From an uncultured Eubacteriales bacterium (GTDB lineage Bacteria > Bacillota > Clostridia > Lachnospirales > Lachnospiraceae), in the NCBI GenBank assembly GCA_949286775.1, contig CASEDW010000056.1, positions 1-31,420 of the forward strand: a DNA stretch of 31,420 nt. Direction: 5' to 3'. Of this stretch, positions 16,624-23,839 are shown piece after piece; the stretch's first letter is position 1; every line of letters starts with the position of its first letter. The position numbers and the translations under genes were made by a program. Below the pieces are notes generated by a model, which was not told the DNA's origin, made no database searches, and saw nothing but the letters and a program-made list of their open reading frames with translations.

Positions 16624-18726
16624 TTAAACATTAATTACCATGTGGCAGATAGTAAATGCCAGAATGATAAATGATGTAAGGAATCCGCCAAGCCATACTG
16701 AACCTGTTTTCTTTGCAAGGACTCTGCCGAAGATCGCAGATAACGGAAGGATCAGAAGAAGTCCGAAGAGCATGATTCCGGCAAGCGCTGTCGGGAACGG
16801 CATCCCTGTTAAAGCGATCCAGCTCTCGGAAGTTGTTCCCGGGATATATTGGATACCGCGTACATGTGTTGCGAACAATGTGCCGTAATCGTAAATGAAC
16901 ATTATGAGCAGTCCGCCGATAGAAGAAAATCCTATGAGAATGTAGTTAAGGATACTCTTTTTACCGTTGATTCGTGTCAGCGAGTTGTAAACAACATTTA
17001 CGATCAGGCAGAAACCAAACCATACCGGAAGGTATTTAAGGAATGCGATCCAGCGCTCTAAGTTCATCGGCTGAAGGCTGAATTTGAAGAATGTAAATGT
17101 TGAGCCTGTTGCCGCTGCGAGCAGCGTTATCAGTGCGTAGATCAAAGCAAATGATATAACCGCGAGCAGCAGAGCTCTGAAAACTTTTCCTGCCGGGAGT
17201 TTGAGTCCTGTGTTATCAAATGTAGACTGAGATTTTTTCTTACCCGTAAAGTATGCGATAAGGTAAATAACCAGTACTATAATTCCTACAACTCCGCTGA
17301 AGAGCATGAGTGAGTTCATCGGCGCCATATTGAATATCTCGTTAGGCATGAACTTTGTAAGGAACTTGAACCACTGCGGCTGCATATAGTAAGGGTAGCC
17401 TACGAGAGCATAATAGAGCAGCGGAGCCGGAAGCAGGAATATAATATACCATATCGCGTATTTGACACCGCTCTTTTTATCAGTGATGGTACTGATAGAA
17501 GCAGCTTCCTCGCGGCATATAGCTTTGAAGAATGGGATGCGGATAAGAGTCATGGCAAGAGCTACAAAGCTGATGAGCGCTGCGATAAGACCGATCAGTC
17601 CGCATGCCGCACGGCCGTGCCATACCTGATCCGTAGCTGCAAGTTCGCTGACTCCGCCTTTTAAGGTGATGTCAAAGAAATCGATACCGTATGATATAGC
17701 TGTTTCATCATAATAAGTGTCCGAATGAGTTCCGTTGAAGGTATAAGCTGCACGGAGCGGCTGGTACGTAAGCGCTGCGGAAGCGGCTGCCGCAACAGCT
17801 TCTTCTCTTGATAAAGGAGTAGCTGTTGGATCTCCATAGAGGAAATAAGTTCCTGACTCTACATTTGTAGCTCCGCCTGTGCCAAGTTTAAATTTGAAGC
17901 TTTCCGTATATTTACTTGCGTCGTCAACTCCCCAGAGAAGACCAGAGAATTCGTCATATTCGCCTTCGATGGTACATATATTTACAGGCGCGAGATAGAG
18001 CGGGAATACACCGTTTTCTTCCGTTACATTGTTATAAGTGAGATCCTCTGTGTTGCGGACATTGTAGTTATATCCCGTAAGAACCATTGAACCCGGAAGA
18101 ACGATTCCTGAATTCATCGCGTCGGCGTAAGCGGCTGTAGCGGCGTCTGTTTCGTTCATGCCTTCTTCGGTATACTGTGCAAGGCTTGCGTTATATACGG
18201 CGGTCCATCTTGTGTAGGCAATATATGCGCCCTCCTGGATAGCTGCCGTACCCATTGAATGACCGAGCATACCGATCTTTGTAAGGTCTACAAAATCATA
18301 TTTCGCGAACTCCTGCAATGCGCTGAAAGTTCCGAGATCGGGAGCGTAATCTGCTACGCTTCCCATTTCTACCTGGCTGTATCCGCTTTCAGGCAGCGGA
18401 GTTTCGCCGTGACCGTAGAGGTCGAGCGTCATGACAACATATCCGCGTCGTGAAAGTTCGATAGCATTCGGCTCCATATCGTCTGATGAGGCTGTGTAGC
18501 CGTGGCAGAGCAGAACGGCAGGAGCAGGTGTTTCTGCCGTGGCCGTTTCGGGAATGTACAGTTTGGCGTGAGCAGTTGCACCGATATCAGTTGTAAAAGT
18601 TAATTCTTCTGTACGCACCTTACCGCCGTTTGTCAGTATGCTTCCTGATACGACAGACGTGATGATCATTACAAGGATGCAGATGATCAAAACGATAGGA
18701 GATGCGTTCTTTTTTAATTTTTTCAT
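16624..18726 (-). CDS. Membrane-bound alpha/beta-hydrolase: N-terminal anchor, serine hydrolase domain, about 8 C-terminal TM helices
   Basis: PAVLLCHGY, LSRRGYVV...DLYGHG, nucleophile GHSMG, EGEYDE, GTHSD. Minus strand (CAT ending at 18726), contrary to the track label; GGGGGG RBS. Confidence 0.88.
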   Translation of the reverse strand: MKKLKKNASPIVLIICILVMIITSVVSGSILTNGGKVRTEELTFTTDIGATAHAKLYIPETATAETPAPAVLLCHGYTASSDDMEPNAIELSRRGYVVMTLDLYGHGETPLPESGYSQVEMGSVADYAPDLGTFSALQEFAKYDFVDLTKIGMLGHSMGTAAIQEGAYIAYTRWTAVYNASLAQYTEEGMNETDAATAAYADAMNSGIVLPGSMVLTGYNYNVRNTEDLTYNNVTEENGVFPLYLAPVNICTIEGEYDEFSGLLWGVDDASKYTESFKFKLGTGGATNVESGTYFLYGDPTATPLSREEAVAAAASAALTYQPLRAAYTFNGTHSDTYYDETAISYGIDFFDITLKGGVSELAATDQVWHGRAACGLIGLIAALISFVALAMTLIRIPFFKAICREEAASISTITDKKSGVKYAIWYIIFLLPAPLLYYALVGYPYYMQPQWFKFLTKFMPNEIFNMAPMNSLMLFSGVVGIIVLVIYLIAYFTGKKKSQSTFDNTGLKLPAGKVFRALLLAVISFALIYALITLLAAATGSTFTFFKFSLQPMNLERWIAFLKYLPVWFGFCLIVNVVYNSLTRINGKKSILNYILIGFSSIGGLLIMFIYDYGTLFATHVRGIQYIPGTTSESWIALTGMPFPTALAGIMLFGLLLILPLSAIFGRVLAKKTGSVWLGGFLTSFIILAFTICHMVINV

Positions 18727-18805
18727 AAAAAAAGTTCCCCCCCTTCTTTATTTTCCTGAACTTTAACATTTCCGGAAAAAGATTAAAAGAGGAGAAACAG
18801 GGTTG

Positions 18806-19984
18806 TCATTGACAGCGTCTGTCACGAAACATGACAACGTTTCTAAGAGGAAAAATTTCGGACCATCCGAAAGGATTTTCGTAATCAATTTTGTGAAGAC
18901 TCAATTCTTCTGTTCCGAGCCGCTTGCCGTCTGCGTAATCGATAAAACCGCCAAAAGGATTTTCTATTGGTGAAGATTCCATGGCTTCACGAAAAGATTC
19001 CCATGTAATTTCTTTGCCGGAGACTCTTTTGAGGCCTTCGCACAGAAAATGAGCGCCTATCCATCCGCAGTGAGCGTATCCGTTCATGGCATAATCGCCG
19101 AGCCAGTCGGATGCTTCGTTAAGAGCAGCCATGTGTCTTTGACTTGTATAATCAAGCCACCCAAAGGAATATATGTCGAATTTGTTTTTGATGACAGGTA
19201 TAAGCCGCATTGCGATAGTAACGACTGTGTTGACATAGGATGTCAAAACGGTCTTGCATGTGTCTGTTTCAGCCAGCGCGGCAGCAATGTCAGGGAAACT
19301 TTCCTGGCCGGCAGCGATGATTATAAAGTCAGGATCGTAATCTTTCATGGAAAGAACGGTGTCGCGGATTGATTTCAAAAACGCGCTCTGTTCGAGCATT
19401 TCAGGAGCCGGGATAATTTCTGAAAAAGAATCTGTCTGATGCTCTTTTAAAGTACGATTGATTCCGGATAAAAGATCATGCCCTATCGTTGTATCGGTAT
19501 ATAAAATGCCGATCTTTTTCGCATTAAAATCATGGATGGCGATTGACGCCATTGCCCGCCCCTCGGTGATATAGACCGGTTGGATAGGATAACAGTTGGC
19601 TCCGGACATAAAATCCATGGCATGTTCGTTATAAAGAGCGCCTACGCCTGTTCCGAAATAAACTACAGGCATACCGCTTTTTTTGATAAGATCAAGGGTC
19701 TGCATTACGATCGATCCGCCGAAATGGCCGACATATGCAAATATCTTGTTTTCATTGAGATAAGATGACAGGATGGATTCAGCTGTTTTCGGATCGTATC
19801 GGTCGTCGGTATGGATAAATTTAAGCTTTCGGCCGTCGATCCCGCCTCGGGAGTTGATCATGTCGAAATATGCTCTGATGCCGGCGTTGATCGGATCGCC
19901 TGTGCTTGCAAATATACCGCTTTGAGCTGCGCTGTTTGCGACAACAATGCAGTCTTTTGATACTCCGGGTGTATTAGTTTTCAT
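18806..19984 (-). CDS. Type-1 periplasmic binding fold protein (LivK/AmiC-like) lacking a signal peptide
   Basis: PGVSKDCIVVANSAAQSG, INSRGGIDGRKLKFIHTDDRYDP, AYVGHFG. AGGAG RBS 10 nt before the ATG; no hydrophobic leader or lipobox. Confidence 0.82.
   Translation of the reverse strand: MKTNTPGVSKDCIVVANSAAQSGIFASTGDPINAGIRAYFDMINSRGGIDGRKLKFIHTDDRYDPKTAESILSSYLNENKIFAYVGHFGGSIVMQTLDLIKKSGMPVVYFGTGVGALYNEHAMDFMSGANCYPIQPVYITEGRAMASIAIHDFNAKKIGILYTDTTIGHDLLSGINRTLKEHQTDSFSEIIPAPEMLEQSAFLKSIRDTVLSMKDYDPDFIIIAAGQESFPDIAAALAETDTCKTVLTSYVNTVVTIAMRLIPVIKNKFDIYSFGWLDYTSQRHMAALNEASDWLGDYAMNGYAHCGWIGAHFLCEGLKRVSGKEITWESFREAMESSPIENPFGGFIDYADGKRLGTEELSLHKIDYENPFGWSEIFPLRNVVMFRDRRCQ
18820..18836. promoter_or_regulatory. 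Candidate operator TGTCA-N7-TGACA (site 1)
   Basis: TGTCACGAAACATGACA, 94 bp upstream of the hydrolase ATG, next to TGTCATTGACA at 18804-14. Confidence 0.4.
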
Positions 19985-20009
19985 TTTTTGAACACTCCTG
20001 GTCTTTTTG

Positions 20010-20058
20010 TTGCATTATTATTTATGATATCATAAAATATCTTAAAACAGTTTGTAAA
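20010..20058. promoter_or_regulatory. Overlapping divergent promoters with a central 16-bp palindrome
   Basis: Plus strand: TTGCAT (20010-15), 17 nt, TAAAAT (20033-38). Minus strand: TTTACA (20058-53), 18 nt, TATGAT. Palindrome TTTATGATATCATAAA at 20021-36. Confidence 0.55.
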
Positions 20059-20082
20059 GCGAAAAATGACAGTTGCAGTATT

Positions 20083-20099
20083 TGTCATTGACAATGACA
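20083..20099. promoter_or_regulatory. Candidate operator TGTCA-N7-TGACA (site 2)
   Basis: Perfect palindrome TGTCATTG-A-CAATGACA directly before the regulator RBS, with an extra AATGACA at 20065-71. Confidence 0.5.
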
Positions 20100-20112
20100 G
20101 GGGGAAAAAGCA

Positions 20113-21618
20113 GTGACGTTTTCTGAAAAATTGGACATGCTGTTGAATATTACAAACACTCCGAATAATCTGCTCGCGAAAGTATTGTCTTTGGATCCTT
20201 CTTATATAAGCAGGATACGTCACGGCAGGAGAAATATTTTAGGCGGAGATTATATAGAAAATATCGCGGACTTTTTTTCGCACAGATGCATGAAAGAATA
20301 TATCTTATCCGCTCTGGCGGCCGCGATGGAAAATAAAGAAATTGAAACAGTTAAAACCGAGGAAGAACTGAAAGAACGGCTGAAGACGTGGCTTACAGAT
20401 GAACATTCGAAAAGCGGCGGCGTAAAAAATCTATTTAAAGATTTTGCTCAAATTTCTAATGAGGAAACCGCTAAAAAAACAGCGGCGGACAGAGAAAGAT
20501 CGGCGGCGGAGAATTCAAATCTTATGATGTTTTACGGAAACGTAGGCAGACGTCAGGCGACTCTGTCACTGTTTAACAGGATGCTGTCGAACGAAAAACC
20601 CGGAATGCTTCTTATGTTCAGCGATGAGAACTCAAAATGGATGAAGGAATCGGAAGAGTTTGAGCGTGAATGGGAAACGCTTTTGTGGCAGCTGATATTG
20701 AAAGGCAACAAAATAAAAGTTATCCATAAAGTCAGCCATGATATCGATGAAATGATGGAGGTCGTGCATAGATGGCTTCCGCTTTATGTAAGCGGCGCGG
20801 TTGAACCGTATTATTATCCGCGTCTCAGAGACGGAATCTACAAACGTACTCTGACGGTGGCGCCCGGATGCGCTGCGGTATTTGCCACTTCGATCGGGGA
20901 AAGCGGAGAAAACACGCCGAATTTTATGGCTACCGATAAACTGACTGTTGATTCTTTTACAAATGAATTTTTCAGTTATCTGACTCTTTGCAGGCCGCTT
21001 ATGAAGATCAGCACTGCAAAAAGATCGGAAGAAGTACTGGCTAAGCTGTATGAATTTATCACCTCTGACGGGCCGCTTACGATACAGGGAAATTCCATTG
21101 GAATGATGACATTGCCGATAGGACTTATAAATGACATAAATTGCGGCAAAGAAGTAAAACAGAGGCTTTTGGAAAGACAGGAACTGTGGAGCAGAAGATT
21201 TGAAGAAAAGCTGAAAAAAGACGAAGTCTATCATATAATCCGCCTGCATGATATCGCTGATCTGAAAAAAGGCAGTGCATGCATAAGATTTATATCTGAA
21301 GACGATAAGCTGGCGCTGTATTATACGACGGAAACATATAAAGAACATCTGAAGAATATATACAGACTCATGAAAGAAAATGAAAATTATCATGTTTTGG
21401 TAACGGCAAACGGCGAAAACAGATTTTCGGTGTATTGCAATGAAAATGAGGTAAGAATATTCAAAGATGACGAACCCGCGCTGATATTTGAAATAACGGA
21501 GCAGAACATGGTTTCAGCGTTCGGTGATTATTTTGAACAGGAGATCATCCTCGGTTATTCGGAACGTACACGCAAAAGAATGCAGAAAATAATAGAAGAT
21601 CTGATTTATTTTCTCTAA
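20113..21618 (+). CDS. Large transcriptional regulator with N-terminal XRE-like HTH and an uncharacterized C-terminal region
   Basis: TFSEKLDMLLNITNTPNNLLAKVLSLDPSYISRIRHGRR resembles an XRE HTH; GTG start with GGGGGA RBS; 501 aa. Confidence 0.7.
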   Translation: MTFSEKLDMLLNITNTPNNLLAKVLSLDPSYISRIRHGRRNILGGDYIENIADFFSHRCMKEYILSALAAAMENKEIETVKTEEELKERLKTWLTDEHSKSGGVKNLFKDFAQISNEETAKKTAADRERSAAENSNLMMFYGNVGRRQATLSLFNRMLSNEKPGMLLMFSDENSKWMKESEEFEREWETLLWQLILKGNKIKVIHKVSHDIDEMMEVVHRWLPLYVSGAVEPYYYPRLRDGIYKRTLTVAPGCAAVFATSIGESGENTPNFMATDKLTVDSFTNEFFSYLTLCRPLMKISTAKRSEEVLAKLYEFITSDGPLTIQGNSIGMMTLPIGLINDINCGKEVKQRLLERQELWSRRFEEKLKKDEVYHIIRLHDIADLKKGSACIRFISEDDKLALYYTTETYKEHLKNIYRLMKENENYHVLVTANGENRFSVYCNENEVRIFKDDEPALIFEITEQNMVSAFGDYFEQEIILGYSERTRKRMQKIIEDLIYFL

Positions 21619-21642
21619 GATAAATGTTTAAAGGTGGAAGAA

Positions 21643-22707
21643 ATGGATAAAACGGTAAACTTTCTGATGGAAATGTCAGAGCGGCAGATACAGTCAAGAG
21701 AATTTTTCAATACATTTCTTCTTGATTCAATCGAACGGAATTTTGGATTTTCAAATACGGTTATTTTTGTATTTGACCTGAATAATCATGCCTTATCACG
21801 TATTGATAAAAACGGCATAACAAAAGAAAATCCCTATGATCTAAACGACGACCCGGTCGGTGATAAGATATACAATGACGCTGTCAAAGACGGACTGACA
21901 TATTTTAATACGACGCCGAGAATATATAAATTCACCGGGATCATAAATAAAGATTATGATAATTCGGAAACCGCCCGTTTTCTTGAAAAAAATTTTCATA
22001 TGCATTACGGCATGACGATGGCTATGGGTATGAAAGCATATCTTCGCATCTGCATTATGAAAACCGAGGCGGAAGGGGATTTTGACGAGGAGGATATAAG
22101 AAGGATCGAAAAACTGTATACTTATATCACGTCGGGTTACCGCAATTTTAAGAAATACGAGCATCAGAGGATAATCTCGCAGATCAAAGACAGGATAATA
22201 GAATCCGGCGATACGGCGTATCTTATCACAGATGATTTCATGAATATACTCGATCATAACAGGCAGGTAATCGAATATCTGAAGGATATAATCGGAAACA
22301 GAGCGCTGCAGCAGATGCAGAAAAAAGGTTCATTTCAATGGGCGCTGTATTTTTTGAACAGTATAATTACGACCGGTGTTCATAACGACGGCGTCAGCAA
22401 TATTAAAGATTACAAGATTTCGGTTCATACATTTGAGCAGAAGTATATGCACGGCATCGTCGACAGATACCACTGGATCACTATCAGGAAGATTGCCAAA
22501 GATACCGAAGCAAAGAATAAAATACAGGAATATAAGCTTACAGCAAGAGAGATGAAGGTTGCGCAGCTGCTTTGTGAGGGAAAAACTTATAATGACATAG
22601 CCGATGAAATGATGATAAGCTATCATACCGTGAAAAATCATGTTTCTAATATATTTAAAAAATGCGGAATCGCCAGCAGATATGAGCTGAGCGTTTTAAT
22701 GGAATGA
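21643..22707 (+). CDS. LuxR-type HTH regulator with N-terminal GAF-like sensor region
   Basis: C-terminal LTAREMKVAQLLCEGKTYNDIADEMMISYHTVKNHVSNIFKK; no receiver domain. Start is either GTG 21634 or ATG 21643. Confidence 0.85.
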   Translation: MDKTVNFLMEMSERQIQSREFFNTFLLDSIERNFGFSNTVIFVFDLNNHALSRIDKNGITKENPYDLNDDPVGDKIYNDAVKDGLTYFNTTPRIYKFTGIINKDYDNSETARFLEKNFHMHYGMTMAMGMKAYLRICIMKTEAEGDFDEEDIRRIEKLYTYITSGYRNFKKYEHQRIISQIKDRIIESGDTAYLITDDFMNILDHNRQVIEYLKDIIGNRALQQMQKKGSFQWALYFLNSIITTGVHNDGVSNIKDYKISVHTFEQKYMHGIVDRYHWITIRKIAKDTEAKNKIQEYKLTAREMKVAQLLCEGKTYNDIADEMMISYHTVKNHVSNIFKKCGIASRYELSVLME

Positions 22708-22715
22708 AAGCATGG

Positions 22716-22750
22716 ATACTGCTGATGTTTTGTATATCAGCAGTATTTTT
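22716..22750 (+). terminator. Intrinsic terminator after the LuxR gene
   Basis: ATACTGCTGAT...ATCAGCAGTAT followed by TTTT. Confidence 0.75.
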
Positions 22751-22861
22751 ATGCCTGAAATGAAACACAGGGAAACTTTCCTAGTAAAAAATAGTAGTAT
22801 GTCCCGATATGAGCGGCATTTTATTTCGGATACAATATATTGCAAAGAAGAGGAGAAAACA

Positions 22862-23839
22862 GTGGAGCACAAAGCGATTCAGTTTAATATTCAGAGATTT
22901 ACTATTCATGACGGACCCGGGATCCGCACAGAAATCTTTCTGAAGGGATGTCCGCTAAAATGCCAATGGTGCAGCAACCCGGAGGGACAGAATGCTTTTA
23001 TTGAACCCGGGATATATCGTTCTAAATGCATCGGCGTGTCAAAGTGCGGTGACTGCAAGGGTATATGCCCGGTTGACGCAATTAGTTTTTATCGGAATAA
23101 AATATGCGCAGTCAATCGCATTAAATGCAGCAACTGTATGGCATGCGTGGACGAGTGCTGCAGCGAAGCGATCAAATCCTGGGGCAGCAGTATCACAGTA
23201 TCTGAGGCAATGGAAATCATAAAAAGAGATAAAGGTTTTTATGACAAATCAGGAGGCGGAGTGACTGTTTCCGGTGGAGATCCGCTTGTCTGGGCCGATT
23301 TTGTGCAGGAGCTTTTTAAGGAATGCCGAAAGGAAGGGATTCATACATGCCTGGAATCGACTTTCCATTTTGAAAGATGGGTTATGGATAAAGTCCTGCC
23401 GTACACCGATCTGATAATTTCAGATATAAAGCACATGAATACTGTGATTCACAAAAAATATACGGGTGTCGGCAATGAGCTGATTCTTGAAAATCTGAGA
23501 AGACTTTCGGAGGGAACTGTTCCTGTCATCTTAAGGATACCTGTGATCCCCGGTATAAACGATGATATGAAAAACATGAAGGATTCAGCCGATTTTATAA
23601 TAAATGAAATGCATGGAAATGTAAGGACGCTTCAGCTGCTTCAGTTTATGCGGCTGGGAGAAGAAAAATACATATCTCTTGGTCGTCCATATGAGATGGG
23701 ATATATAAAAATGTACAGAAAAAGATTCGCGCGTCAGGTTGAGAAAATAAGAGATTATTTCGTCGGACGAGGAATACATTGTACGGTTGGAACAAAAGAA
23801 AAAGGAGAAGAGAAAAATGACAGTAGTTCAGATGCATAA
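22862..23839 (+). CDS. Glycyl-radical enzyme activating enzyme (radical SAM with ferredoxin insertion; HpfH-like)
   Basis: FNIQRFTIHDGPGIRTEIFLKGCPLKCQWCSNPE, 8-Cys ferredoxin insertion, GGVTVSGGDP, LRIPVIPGIND. GTG start at 22862 with AGGAG RBS. Confidence 0.93.
   Translation: MEHKAIQFNIQRFTIHDGPGIRTEIFLKGCPLKCQWCSNPEGQNAFIEPGIYRSKCIGVSKCGDCKGICPVDAISFYRNKICAVNRIKCSNCMACVDECCSEAIKSWGSSITVSEAMEIIKRDKGFYDKSGGGVTVSGGDPLVWADFVQELFKECRKEGIHTCLESTFHFERWVMDKVLPYTDLIISDIKHMNTVIHKKYTGVGNELILENLRRLSEGTVPVILRIPVIPGINDDMKNMKDSADFIINEMHGNVRTLQLLQFMRLGEEKYISLGRPYEMGYIKMYRKRFARQVEKIRDYFVGRGIHCTVGTKEKGEEKNDSSSDA

Noticed and set aside
16624-18726. ORF track labels this ORF as + strand
   Set aside because: The plus strand has TTA at 16624 and ...TTTTTCAT ending at 18726; the hydrolase is on the minus strand.
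22712-22861. N-terminal extensions in the ORF track (22712; likewise 1367, 4172, 6820, 23787, 27019, 28193)
   Set aside because: They cross terminators, promoters or upstream genes and mostly lack an RBS; downstream starts (22862, 1400, 4202, 6892, 23817, 27052, 28322) fit better by RBS and/or the family N-terminus.
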